Assembly (NCBI GenBank): GCA_031364845.1
Contig: JANLWX010000121.1
Span: 1 to 26,980 of the forward strand
DNA length: 26,980 nt
Direction of reading: 5' to 3'
From: Candidatus Eiseniibacteriota bacterium
GTDB taxonomy: Bacteria; Eisenbacteria; RBG-16-71-46
Under the pieces are notes generated by a model that saw nothing but the letters and a program-made list of their open reading frames with translations, did not search any database and was not told the DNA's origin. The position numbers and the translations under genes are program-made. Below, one piece after another: positions 17,073 to 26,386 of the stretch. How positions within the stretch are numbered: the first letter of the stretch is position 1; each line of letters opens with the position of its first letter.

Positions 17073-17906
17073 TCAGTGCTCCCGTGCGCCGAGTTGCTCG
17101 TCGTGCAGCCAGGTCGTTGCTTCGATGCTCGCAGCACCACGCGTGTCGAGCGGTGCAAGGTGGAGCCGCAGCATCGTGATGCGGTCGCGCGGCGGATCGA
17201 GCCGCACGAACGCGGAATCACCGCCCGGCCACTGCTCACCCGTGATGCGCAACGCGAGCGACTGCACGCGCGGCTCCACGAATCCATGGAACACCTGAAC
17301 GACGCCGCCCGTGCGCAGTGTTTCGCGCTGCTCGGGCGTAAGTGCCAGCACCAGCGGTGCGGCGTCTTCCGGCGTGACCGCGAGTTCATCCAGACCCGCC
17401 GCCTTCGGATATCCGCTGACGACCACGATCAGTTCGGTCTTCTGACGGCCGGTGAAGTCTGCCTGCAGCACGCCGAGGCGCTCGCGCTGCTGCGCGAGCT
17501 TGCGATCCATCAGATCCAGCTCGGCCTCGAGCTGTCCGAGTTGCGTGATGCTCGTGAGCAGGTCGAGCCCGGAGCGCGAGCGCGCCGCGAGCGCGACGGA
17601 GTCACCGTCGGCGCGGATCTCGCCGAGCATCCGCGAGTACGCGAGGTAGCGCGGATCGATCGCTTCCGCGCTGCCCTTGCCCGCCACCAGCTTCTCGCGC
17701 ATCAGATCGAAACGCGCGCGGATGAAGTCGCGGTTCTCCTTGAGGAAACGCAGGGTCGGATAGTGCTCGCGCTTCGGGCGTACGCGTTCGAGCTCGACGA
17801 CGGTGGGTGCGGTTGCGGCATGCGCGAGAGTCGGCGTCAGCAGCGTCAGCGCCGCAAGAAGCAGAATCGCATCGCGCGCGGGCGCGCGATGCTCATGAAT
17901 AGGCAT
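17073..17906 (-). CDS. Exported hypothetical protein: coiled coil plus beta domain, of the kind found beside TPR genes in Glt-like clusters
   Basis: TGATG overlap and GGAGG RBS. Signal peptide, heptad-like segment LGQLEAELDLMDRKLAQQRERL, motif EQRETLRTGGVVQVFHG. Confidence 0.75.
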   Translation of the reverse strand: MPIHEHRAPARDAILLLAALTLLTPTLAHAATAPTVVELERVRPKREHYPTLRFLKENRDFIRARFDLMREKLVAGKGSAEAIDPRYLAYSRMLGEIRADGDSVALAARSRSGLDLLTSITQLGQLEAELDLMDRKLAQQRERLGVLQADFTGRQKTELIVVVSGYPKAAGLDELAVTPEDAAPLVLALTPEQRETLRTGGVVQVFHGFVEPRVQSLALRITGEQWPGGDSAFVRLDPPRDRITMLRLHLAPLDTRGAASIEATTWLHDEQLGAREH

Positions 17907-18496
17907 CAGCCCCTCCACGTGCGGCGGACTTTCCCGTCCACCGCATCGACGACCACGAACAGCGACGGACCGCTCGCCGCCGCATACACCAGTGTCCAGT
18001 TGGTCGCATCGGGATCGTCATCGCGGAACGCGCCGCGCATCAGCAGCATCGTCTCCAACCGGCCACCGTGATCGCGGCGGAACGCCTGCGCCGGTCCGTC
18101 TTCGGCGCTGCGGAGTGCTGCTTCGCTGTCGATCCACTGCCCTGCGACCGGCGGTGCGGTGAACTTCATCTCGAGGTTCTCCGCCACGAGGATGTGTCCC
18201 TCGCGCACCGAGTACACGCGCGAGCGTCCGAGCGACGGCGAATGGAACAGATAGCCCCAGCGCGGTGCGGCACCGCGTTCGTCGACGGTTTCATCGTTCT
18301 CGACATAGACCAATTCGGCATCATCGGCCCACGCGCGCGCACCCGAGCGCGCGACCTCGAGACCCGAACGCGCGGCGAACGGTTCGAACGTGTCGGCGCC
18401 GGTGGTGGCGGCGAGCGTCGCGAACGCGACGAGTCCCGCCGCGACCGCGGCGCGCCACACGCGAAGCGACGGCAGGGAGCGCTGTGAATCCTTCAT
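17906..18496 (-). CDS. Exported hypothetical protein with PepSY-like segments
   Basis: GGAGG RBS, signal peptide, WIDSEAALRSAE...WTLVY...VVVDAVDGKV pattern. Confidence 0.7.
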   Translation of the reverse strand: MKDSQRSLPSLRVWRAAVAAGLVAFATLAATTGADTFEPFAARSGLEVARSGARAWADDAELVYVENDETVDERGAAPRWGYLFHSPSLGRSRVYSVREGHILVAENLEMKFTAPPVAGQWIDSEAALRSAEDGPAQAFRRDHGGRLETMLLMRGAFRDDDPDATNWTLVYAAASGPSLFVVVDAVDGKVRRTWRG

Positions 18497-18510
18497 CGAC
18501 GCCCTCCGGT

Positions 18511-19431
18511 TCAGAAGAGAAAGGTGGTGCCGAGCGTGAACTCGACGTTGTTGCTGCGCACGCGGCTCTTGCCCGAACCGATGTCGAGACGGTGATCACG
18601 CACGTCCCAGCGCACCGCGGCACGCTTCGAGATGAACAGCGAGGTTCCGCCGCCGAAGTTGATGCTGGGTTCGCTCTCGCCACGCATGATCGAATTGCCC
18701 ACACCCGCCGTGACGTACGGCACCATCTGGCGCCCGGGCAGCAACTCCCACGCGAGGTTCAGGTTGTAGAACAGCATGTGGAAGTCTTCCGCTTCGAGCG
18801 ACAGATCGAACAGCGACTCGACGATTTCGGCCGGACGGTGGATGTGTGTCCACGCGAGGCCGCCTTCGACCTGCAGCCGGTCGAACACGTAGTAGCCCAG
18901 GCGCCCGCCGGCGACGAACGAGTTCGACTTGCGATCGAACGCGTATGCGCCGCCGTAGCCGCCGAGGATGAACGTGCCGGTGCGTGTGTAGAGCTTGGGG
19001 TTCGGCCGGAACTCGAGATCGGACACGTCGTCGTGCTCCTCGCATAGGGAGGAATGCACCCATGCGGTCTCGGACGGCGAGAGGCGGATGTTGTACCAGG
19101 GTCCGCTCTTCGCAATCACCGGGAACTGCGCGTCCTTGCCGTAAACGCCCGCGATCGAGAACGCATCGCCGGGCCCCGAACGCACAACCGTGTTCGCATC
19201 GAGCAGGCGCACCTTGCGCGTGGTGACGACCGGATGCGGATTGCCGACGATGGGTGCCGGCGTTGTGGCCGCAGCGGGCGCCACTGCTGACGTGCCCGTC
19301 GAGTCCTGCGCCATGGCATCCGCGCCACGCAACAACATCGCGAGTGCCGCGCACCGCGCGAACGCCCGCAGCACGCGCGCGCGACGCGCGGCGCCGTTGT
19401 TCGCAAGGCTCGTGTGATCGAAGTTCATCAT
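18511..19431 (-). CDS. SH3b domain + outer-membrane beta-barrel protein
   Basis: Signal peptide. VVRSGPG..F.I.G..(K)SGPWYNIRL..ETAWV (bacterial SH3). OmpA-like barrel strands (GGRLGYY, PYVTAGVG, NFGGG, VRWDVRD) and C-terminal F. Start chosen by AGAGG RBS; 19437 or 19428 are possible. Confidence 0.85.
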   Translation of the reverse strand: MMNFDHTSLANNGAARRARVLRAFARCAALAMLLRGADAMAQDSTGTSAVAPAAATTPAPIVGNPHPVVTTRKVRLLDANTVVRSGPGDAFSIAGVYGKDAQFPVIAKSGPWYNIRLSPSETAWVHSSLCEEHDDVSDLEFRPNPKLYTRTGTFILGGYGGAYAFDRKSNSFVAGGRLGYYVFDRLQVEGGLAWTHIHRPAEIVESLFDLSLEAEDFHMLFYNLNLAWELLPGRQMVPYVTAGVGNSIMRGESEPSINFGGGTSLFISKRAAVRWDVRDHRLDIGSGKSRVRSNNVEFTLGTTFLF

Positions 19432-19442
19432 GAACATCCCTC

Positions 19443-20144
19443 TCAACGTGAACCGACGAGCCGTGCCAGCTCGACGCGCGCGTTCCAGTCGCCCATCGTC
19501 TCGCGCCGCTCGACGTTCACTTCGCCGTCGCGATGCGCGGTGTCGAGGCCGAAGAAACGGCGCTCGACTTCGAATCCCACTCTCCATGCACCGGCGACCC
19601 GGCGCTCCAGCGCAAGCCCCGCGCCCGCGATCCACTCGTCGATCGGCCCGAGCTTCACGGCGTTCGCATCGCCCGACACTTCGATGTGATCGGGGTCATA
19701 GCCCAGATGCAGGCGCCCGCCGCTCGCGGTCGCGAGCACCTGGCTCGCCCCCACGTTCAGCAATCGCCCGCGACCGACCAACTCGAAGCTCGTGCTCCGC
19801 ACCGTCGCCGGTTCGGCGGCTCCGATCTCCTGCCGAGCGTGCGTGTTCCACAGGCGCACGCCGCCTGACCATCGATCCGCCTCCGCCAGCGCCTGAATTC
19901 CCCAGGCCGCGGACGGCAGAGTCCTCCACTGGTAATCGGCAAGATCGCGCTCGGGTTGCACCGAACCTGCGAGAATTCCGAACGACCATGGGGGCGCCGA
20001 CTCCGGCGCCGCATGGGACGGCTGCGCCGTGCCCATCAGGACGGTTGCAGCAATCACCCAACGCGCGTCGAGCAACCCGCGTCGCGCCGGCGTCGCGGGT
20101 CCCTTAATCACCGCGCGCCGGTCGCGAACGCAGGCCACACTCAT
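19443..20144 (-). CDS. Probable outer-membrane beta-barrel protein
   Basis: ATGA overlap. Hydrophobic leader ending SHA, then alternating amphipathic strands (WSFGILAG, WGIQAL, WIAGAGLALE, WRVGFEVER, WNARVEL). Confidence 0.7.
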   Translation of the reverse strand: MSVACVRDRRAVIKGPATPARRGLLDARWVIAATVLMGTAQPSHAAPESAPPWSFGILAGSVQPERDLADYQWRTLPSAAWGIQALAEADRWSGGVRLWNTHARQEIGAAEPATVRSTSFELVGRGRLLNVGASQVLATASGGRLHLGYDPDHIEVSGDANAVKLGPIDEWIAGAGLALERRVAGAWRVGFEVERRFFGLDTAHRDGEVNVERRETMGDWNARVELARLVGSR

Positions 20145-20728
20145 GGCGCGACCGCTGCGTTGAGCTCGAGGCCGACGGGCAACAGCTCGTAGGCCTCCGA
20201 TGGAAATGGGGTCACGATCAGCGAGTCGGTTCCGTCGGCGCGCTCCAGCTCGACACCCGACCCGAGGTAGCACACGAGGAATAACCCGGGTGCCGCTCCC
20301 GTCGAATCGAGGGCCGCGGGTGCGGTGCCGACGAACGTGAAGTCGATATGCTGGATCAGGTGATCCCAGCCCGTGACGGCGCGCGTCGCGCGTCCGACCG
20401 ACACCGAGTTGGCGAGGATGTGATCGATCTCGCCCGCCATGCGCACGCGATTGGCACTCGGTTCGACGTCGACGCTCGCCGGATCCACGGTGCTTGCGCG
20501 CAGCTCGGCAACCGCGAAGCCCGTGAGGATCGCGCGATACGTGATCGCCGCGCGTACCGCGAACGTGGTCGGCACACCGGGCGTGATCGCCTGGTACGGC
20601 GCAACACTCGCGCCGGCGATGTCGATGCGCGTCCAGCGATCCTCGATCTCGGGCTTGCCGAGGCAACCGCCCAGGCACACCGCGCCGAGCACGAGGACCA
20701 GCGGAACGAAACGACGCGCGTCCGTCAT
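20141..20728 (-). CDS. Hypothetical lipoprotein
   Basis: TGATG overlap. MTDARRFVPLVLVLGAVCLGG-C lipobox. Beta-rich mature part. Confidence 0.78.
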   Translation of the reverse strand: MTDARRFVPLVLVLGAVCLGGCLGKPEIEDRWTRIDIAGASVAPYQAITPGVPTTFAVRAAITYRAILTGFAVAELRASTVDPASVDVEPSANRVRMAGEIDHILANSVSVGRATRAVTGWDHLIQHIDFTFVGTAPAALDSTGAAPGLFLVCYLGSGVELERADGTDSLIVTPFPSEAYELLPVGLELNAAVAP

Positions 20729-22374
20729 CAGCGCACCAGCACCAGTCGCTCGGCGAAATGCGTGTCGCCGATGTCGAGTCGCGAGAAGTAGACGCCGCCC
20801 CGCAGCGCGCGGCCCCGATCGTCGGTGCCATCCCATACGACTTCGTTGAGGCCGGCCGCGAAGTCGCCGCCCAGCGTGCGCACGCGGCGGCCCTGCGCAT
20901 CCATCACGCTCAGGCCGACGCGGCCCGCGGGTGACGCCGGCAGCAGGAAGGCGATGCGCGTCACCGGTGCGGCGGGATTGGGCGAATTGCCGAGCAACGT
21001 CGCGCGCAGCGGCGACGCGCCAGGCGCACCGCCGTTGACGCGGAACGGCGTCTGCACCGAGTGCGACGGTCCGTCCTTGTAGCTCGACGCCGCCGTAAGT
21101 CGCAGCATCAGATCGCCGCCTGCGCTCGAAGGAATCCCGTCGGGGAACAGCGCGAGCACGTGCGTGCCCGCATCGAGCGGTGCGGTGGTGCGGCGCGCGA
21201 TCCGGCGCGCGTTCGCGACGTCGATCACTTCGACCGTCACCGCGGCGCGATCGCCGAGCTGGAAGCGCGCCGCCGGTCCTTCGTTCGCGACGATCTCCAA
21301 AGCCGAAAGCTCCACGCCGAGCTTCCACTTGGCGATGCCGCTCGAAGGCGACCAGTCGCCGACCGTCACACCGGCCGGCTGGCCGACGCGCGCCACGGTG
21401 CCCGTGCGATGGTCGCGCACATTCGCGAACGGAATGTGGAAGTCGCGCGGATGATCGAGTCCCTCGCGCCGGCTTGCGACCGGTTCGAGATTCGCCGAGA
21501 ACTTGTGCACCGCACCCTGCCGCGGTGCAGCGGCGTAGACGTTGCCCCAGCGGTCGGCATCGAGCGACGTGACGACGTCGGCGTCGTGGCGCACTTCACC
21601 CATCCACGCCAGGACCGCGCCTTCGTCACGCAGCCGCACGATGCGGCGGTTGTGCGCGTCGGCGACGTAGACATCGCGCGTGTGTCCGCCCTCGGTTCGA
21701 CCGACGGTGATGGCCAACGGCCCGCCGAAGCGCGCGGGACCGCTGCCGAGCTCGCCGAGCACCGCAACCTGGCGAGCGCCGGCGGCTTCGAGCGCGTACG
21801 CGATCACGCGGTTGCGTCCGGTGTCGGCGACATACAGACGATCGTCACCCGCGACGAACGGCGTTCCGCCGTCGGAGTACGCGACTCCGTACGGGCCGCT
21901 CAGCCCGGCGATCACCGCGACCGGCGTGAGTGTCATAGATTCGAACTCGGTCGATGCCTGGAGCACGACGATGCGATCGTTGCCGGTGTCGGCGACATAC
22001 ACGCGATCGCGCTCGTCGACCGCCATGCCGCGCGGCTGCGCGAGCGCGATGGTGCCCGGGCCGCGACCGTCGTAGGCGCGCACGCTACGGCCGCGCTCAC
22101 CGAAGACGAGCCGGTTCCAGCGCGGATCCGAGACGATCTGGAAGTCGCGCGACTCGACATACGGGAAGCGGTCGTACACGTCGACATGCGAGATCGTCAC
22201 GGTCGCGTACGGATGCGCGAGCAGATTGCGTCCGGTCTGTGCGCGCGCCACATCGCGCGTGAGTACCTCGATGTCGGCTTCGGGTGCGATCGGCGCGCGC
22301 TCGAACATCCCCGCGGCCACGGGCGATGCCGCCGCCAGCGCCAGGGTGAGGATCAGCAAGATGGTTCGTCGCAC
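20728..22374 (-). CDS. Exported NHL-repeat beta-propeller protein with C-terminal FlgD Ig-like (T9SS CTD-like) domain
   Basis: GTG at 22374 after GAGGAG. Signal peptide. NHL repeats PRGMAVD..VYVADTGNDRI, LYVADTGRNRV, VYVADAHNRRI. C-terminal PNPAAPVTRIAF...DAQGRRVRTL...WDGTDDRG...GVYFSRL. Confidence 0.88.
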   Translation of the reverse strand: MRRTILLILTLALAAASPVAAGMFERAPIAPEADIEVLTRDVARAQTGRNLLAHPYATVTISHVDVYDRFPYVESRDFQIVSDPRWNRLVFGERGRSVRAYDGRGPGTIALAQPRGMAVDERDRVYVADTGNDRIVVLQASTEFESMTLTPVAVIAGLSGPYGVAYSDGGTPFVAGDDRLYVADTGRNRVIAYALEAAGARQVAVLGELGSGPARFGGPLAITVGRTEGGHTRDVYVADAHNRRIVRLRDEGAVLAWMGEVRHDADVVTSLDADRWGNVYAAAPRQGAVHKFSANLEPVASRREGLDHPRDFHIPFANVRDHRTGTVARVGQPAGVTVGDWSPSSGIAKWKLGVELSALEIVANEGPAARFQLGDRAAVTVEVIDVANARRIARRTTAPLDAGTHVLALFPDGIPSSAGGDLMLRLTAASSYKDGPSHSVQTPFRVNGGAPGASPLRATLLGNSPNPAAPVTRIAFLLPASPAGRVGLSVMDAQGRRVRTLGGDFAAGLNEVVWDGTDDRGRALRGGVYFSRLDIGDTHFAERLVLVR

Positions 22375-22403
22375 GATGTGCTCCTCTCGCGAGACCGGCC
22401 GGC

Positions 22404-23537
22404 TCAGAAGCGCCATGCGATCTGGGTCGTCAGGATGTTGGCCGAGTAGTTGTTGCTGTTGAAATAGCGCTCGTAGTTGCAACGCAGTCCCATGCGATCG
22501 AGCACCGGGGTCGCGATGTCGAACGCGGCGAGGTCGACATCGAGCGCCACGCCGAACAGATGCGAGGCGAGGTCGGCCATGCGGTAGTCGCCCGAGCGGT
22601 ATCCGTCGATGCCGCCCGCGCTTTCGTATTCGTCGCGGTAGAAGTCGGCCGGCGTCTGCGTGTACCAGCGGTACTCCCAGCTCGCGAACATCCCGCGCGT
22701 CACGTACTGGCTGAGCTTGCCGCCGAGCTCGTGCGAGTCGATGCCCCAGTCGTCGTGGTAGAAGCGATAGTTGAGTTTCACGCTCGAACGGTTGGGCAGG
22801 TACTGATGCAGCTTCACGAACGCATCGCGGCGCTCGCGATGGTCGGGATGCCGCTCGGCGACCCGCGACCCGCCCGCGTACACGTTGCGATACGGATTGT
22901 GCTGTAGGCCGTTCACGACGTTGTATTCGACGCCCGCGCGCAACAGCGTGGTCGGTGTCAGCACCTGGGTCGCGACGGCGTTGCCGTGCAGCGTGGTCTT
23001 GGAATCGGGTGACGCGCCGGTGTCGTCGTCGGCGACCGGATCGATCGCGTCCCAGCCGTAGCTGGTGCCGAGGGCGAGGTTGAACTGGTCGCCGCCGAGG
23101 TCGCGGTTGTAGCCCGCGCTCACCTGCTGGCCGACATAGTCGGTTTCGCCCGAGTAGTAATAGCCGAGTGTCGCGTGTCCGCGCGTGAGGCCGCTTTCGA
23201 ATTCGTTGCGCGTCTTCACGAAATCCTGGAACGCATTGCCCGAGATCGGCCGGCTCGCGGTTGTGATCGCGTCCACCGCCTCGTTGCTTCCGACCGGCGC
23301 ATCGATCGCCGGGATCACGACGCGCTCGTTGTTCCAATGCACCGAGAGCACCGCGTTGCTTTGCAGCGTCATCGAGTAGTTGCCGATCGCCGAGCGCACC
23401 GTGACGTGGTCCGAGTCGGTGAAGTACTGCATCAGCGTCTCGGCCGAGTGCTCCTCGATGATGCGCGCGGTGGCGGCATGGGCGGGCGCGGCGCAGAAGA
23501 GCGCAGCGACGACGATGGCGGCGGCGATCAATTGCAC
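22404..23537 (-). CDS. DUF3570 family outer-membrane beta-barrel protein
   Basis: GTG (VQL…) overlaps the DUF4266 3' end. VDAITTAS, GLQHNPYR, ERHPDHRER, YRFYHDDWGIDSH, YRWYTQTPADFY, SGDYRM, C-terminal WRF. Confidence 0.87.
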   Translation of the reverse strand: MQLIAAAIVVAALFCAAPAHAATARIIEEHSAETLMQYFTDSDHVTVRSAIGNYSMTLQSNAVLSVHWNNERVVIPAIDAPVGSNEAVDAITTASRPISGNAFQDFVKTRNEFESGLTRGHATLGYYYSGETDYVGQQVSAGYNRDLGGDQFNLALGTSYGWDAIDPVADDDTGASPDSKTTLHGNAVATQVLTPTTLLRAGVEYNVVNGLQHNPYRNVYAGGSRVAERHPDHRERRDAFVKLHQYLPNRSSVKLNYRFYHDDWGIDSHELGGKLSQYVTRGMFASWEYRWYTQTPADFYRDEYESAGGIDGYRSGDYRMADLASHLFGVALDVDLAAFDIATPVLDRMGLRCNYERYFNSNNYSANILTTQIAWRF

Positions 23538-23776
23538 GCACACCCTCCGCCCGCACCGCCGTTGCCGCCGGTCGAGCCTTCGCGCGCTTCGAGCGACTTG
23601 GTGCGCCGTGCCGCGTCCCGGGCATCGGCATCCATGCGCATGATGCGATCGGAAAGCTGCTCGCGCTGGTAGGCGCGCACGGACTGCGCGGCACAACCGC
23701 TCCCGAGCAGCAGCAGCGCGCCGAGTGCCGCGGCGACCGCGAACGCGCGGCCCACCGGCGCAGGAACGCGCGTCAC
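23528..23776 (-). CDS. DUF4266 family small lipoprotein
   Basis: Lipobox LGSG-C, V..YQRE.L.D.IM, REGSTGGNGGAGGGCACN C-terminus. GTGA overlap with TlpA. Confidence 0.9.
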   Translation of the reverse strand: MTRVPAPVGRAFAVAAALGALLLLGSGCAAQSVRAYQREQLSDRIMRMDADARDAARRTKSLEAREGSTGGNGGAGGGCACN

Positions 23777-24345
23777 CGTGCGCCTCCCGTGCGCACGACC
23801 GCGGCATCGGGCTGCGCCATGAGCCGGCGCACGACCTCGTTCAAGCGATCGACGTTGGCACCATCGGCGACATAGGCCACAGCACCGCTGCGGTCGAGCA
23901 CCATCGTGTAAGGAATCCGGTCGAGATCGAGCAGGTTCGCGATCCCGCCGGGTCCGTCGTGGACCACCGGCAGCGATAGTTTGTGCGTCTTCACGAAGCG
24001 GCGCGCGTTGTCTGCGTTCGCGTCGATCGAGATCGCGATCACCTGTCCTCCGCGCTCGGCGATCTCTAAGTTCAGGGCATCGAGCTGTGGAAGCTCTTTA
24101 CGACACGGCTGGCACCAACTCGCCCAGAACGTCACGACCACGACTTCACCGCGATGATCCGCGAGCCGCCACGAGCGCCCGTCGAGCCGCGTGAGTCCGC
24201 GTCCTTCCAGCACCGTGCGCGCCGACTCTGCGCGCGAAGCGTCGTCGTTCGCCGCGCTCTCGGCGCGCGCGAACCCGGCGCCGCACGTCAGCGCAACGAC
24301 CAGCGCCGCCGTCGCGAAAGCACGGAACGCCGCTGGATGCTTCAT
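23773..24345 (-). CDS. TlpA/ResA-family thiol-disulfide oxidoreductase
   Basis: Signal peptide, GEVVVVTFWASWCQPCRKELP, cis-Pro motif IPYTMVLDRSG. GAGG RBS. Confidence 0.93.
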   Translation of the reverse strand: MKHPAAFRAFATAALVVALTCGAGFARAESAANDDASRAESARTVLEGRGLTRLDGRSWRLADHRGEVVVVTFWASWCQPCRKELPQLDALNLEIAERGGQVIAISIDANADNARRFVKTHKLSLPVVHDGPGGIANLLDLDRIPYTMVLDRSGAVAYVADGANVDRLNEVVRRLMAQPDAAVVRTGGAR

Positions 24346-24377
24346 TGATCCCTCGTGAACCTGCATCCGATCCTCCG

Positions 24378-26354
24378 CTATTTGTACTGGGCGCCGAGCA
24401 GCACCCACAGGTTGAACATGCGTTTCTCGCGATCGGTCAGCGTCACCGCGGTCGGGTGCGCACCGGTGACCGACTGCGATCCCAACCCGAGCACGTAGTC
24501 GATCAGCAGCGACCGGCGCGGGAACGCGGGGTCCACCACCTGGTGTGCCGCCATCATCGATTCGCCGGACAGGCTCACGTAGCCGCGCGGGAAGATGCGG
24601 CCCATCTCGGTCGTGTCGGGTACCGCGGTCAGATCGAGATTGCCCGCTGCGGCCGTGGTGTCGGGACCGATGATCACGGGCTGGTGACACGACACGCACT
24701 TCGCGGCCACGATCGGCCCGATCGTCTGCTCGTAGTTGATGACCATGAAGTTCGAACTCGGCACGTTGAGATCGTGCGCCGGCAGCAGAGCCGCGAGCGG
24801 TGTGGGGTTCGTCACCACCGGTCCGCCTGCCGCGCGGTCCTCGTGGCAGCCCACGCACTTCTTGAACTCCTCGCCCGGCCGCACCGAGAGGTGCGTGCGC
24901 TTCACCACGAACCCGCGCCCGTTCTGGTCGAGCGTCGCGAAGCTGATCGGAGTGTTCGCGGGCACCTTGATGCGGAACGAGCCATCGGACTGGACCGGCG
25001 CAAACCCGATCAGCGCACGCTTCTCGAACTCGTTCGCCGAGAAGTCGTTCATCTCGCCCGGCCGCGTCGGACGCGCGGCGATCACCGCGATGCTGTCGAT
25101 CGCATCGATGCCGCGCAGCGGCCGCTCCTGGCCGTCGTTCGTCCCGCGATTGAACACGTCCTGCGCGAGGAAGATGCCATAGTCGACATTGCGATCGATG
25201 GTCGATGCGATCACCGGCGGCTTGGTGCGCGCCGCCAGCAACTGCGCGTCGAATTCGTTCGCGTCGGGATCGTTGTAGAGGAAGGTGAGGTTTGACACCG
25301 AGAACGTCGCCGGATCGGACGGCGTGCCCGCACCGCGCTGCGCGAGCGTGAAGGTGTAGAGCCCGTAGTCGACATCGCCTTCGGTCGCCGCGGGCAGCGT
25401 GTACGACGCGACGAACTTGTTGCCGCCGACCGGCTCGGGATACTTGAACGCCCCATACGGCCACGGCTCACCGTCGTTGTTCACGTTCGTCGTCACCACG
25501 TCCCAGTGCGTCGAAGTCGAACCGCTCGCCGGATCCGCCGGACCCTGCTCCAGCTTGAGCACCGCGATCGGGCCCGCGTCCTCTTCGATCATCGTCGACT
25601 CGATCGCGATCATGCGGCCATCGGGCGTCGGCTTCGCGTGGAAGAAGTTGCGCCCATGCGGGCCGAACATGTGAAACGTGCCCGAGCCGTCGGGATTGGT
25701 GAAGAACAGCGGAAAGCGGTTCATGGTGCCGAAGTGCTCCCAGCGTGTGTACATGATGCGGCCATTGGGGAGCAGCGTCGGGTCGAAGTCGTCGCTCTGG
25801 TTGTAGCTGATGCGCTCGGCGTTCGAACCGTCGGCGTCGCAGACGTAGAGCTTCTCGGACGGCGCGTGGTTGTACTCGTCCATCTCGCCGTCGCGCGAAC
25901 TGGTGAAGAGGATGCGGTCGTCCGGCAGGTAGAGCGGATCGAAGTCCGGGCCGGGGCCGCTGGACACTTGGTGCAGCCCGCCGCCATCGGCGTTGATCTC
26001 GTAGATGTTGCGAGCCCCACCGCCGGCCGGCCGCATCGAGAACAGGATGCGCTGGCCGTCGAACGACACGCACGGGTCCGAGATGCTCGCGCCGGTGAAG
26101 TTCGTGAGCGGCGACACCACGCCGTCGGGCGAGATGGGCGACAGCTTGTACAGGTTCGAGCTGCCGTTCGTGCGGTTGAGCGTCTCCTCCGCGTCGGCCT
26201 TCACGAATACCAGCGCGTCGGTGGTGGGCGTTTGTAGGATCAGATCGTCCGGCGCGCTCTCCTGGCAGCCTGCGAGCGACAGCCCGCCGGCCAGGAGTGC
26301 GATCACGAGCGCGGGCCGGTGAAGGCGCGCGCGATGCAGCGTTCGTTTAGGCAT
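24378..26354 (-). CDS. HzsA-related lipoprotein: TolB/PD40 propeller, hydrazine-synthase-alpha middle-domain-like region, two c-type heme motifs
   Basis: Lipobox LSLAG-C. DPCVSFDGQRILFS, DFDPLYLPDDRILFTSSR, GRIMYTRWEH, APVQSDGSFRIKVPANTPISFATLD.NGR, VRPGE..CVGCH (24843-24857), CVSCH (24684-24698). Confidence 0.87.
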   Translation of the reverse strand: MPKRTLHRARLHRPALVIALLAGGLSLAGCQESAPDDLILQTPTTDALVFVKADAEETLNRTNGSSNLYKLSPISPDGVVSPLTNFTGASISDPCVSFDGQRILFSMRPAGGGARNIYEINADGGGLHQVSSGPGPDFDPLYLPDDRILFTSSRDGEMDEYNHAPSEKLYVCDADGSNAERISYNQSDDFDPTLLPNGRIMYTRWEHFGTMNRFPLFFTNPDGSGTFHMFGPHGRNFFHAKPTPDGRMIAIESTMIEEDAGPIAVLKLEQGPADPASGSTSTHWDVVTTNVNNDGEPWPYGAFKYPEPVGGNKFVASYTLPAATEGDVDYGLYTFTLAQRGAGTPSDPATFSVSNLTFLYNDPDANEFDAQLLAARTKPPVIASTIDRNVDYGIFLAQDVFNRGTNDGQERPLRGIDAIDSIAVIAARPTRPGEMNDFSANEFEKRALIGFAPVQSDGSFRIKVPANTPISFATLDQNGRGFVVKRTHLSVRPGEEFKKCVGCHEDRAAGGPVVTNPTPLAALLPAHDLNVPSSNFMVINYEQTIGPIVAAKCVSCHQPVIIGPDTTAAAGNLDLTAVPDTTEMGRIFPRGYVSLSGESMMAAHQVVDPAFPRRSLLIDYVLGLGSQSVTGAHPTAVTLTDREKRMFNLWVLLGAQYK

Positions 26355-26386
26355 GGTGTTGCTGGACCTCCCGGCCGCGACGCCCG

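Noticed and set aside
12129..18071. Long alternative-frame ORFs (619, 530, 449, 346, 315 aa) over the TPR gene
   Set aside because: Arg/Ala-rich, no recognisable domains, and fully overlapping a well-supported gene.
24378..26354. Evidence of anammox metabolism
   Set aside because: No hzsB/hzsC or hao-type genes here; HzsA-like domains occur in non-anammox bacteria.
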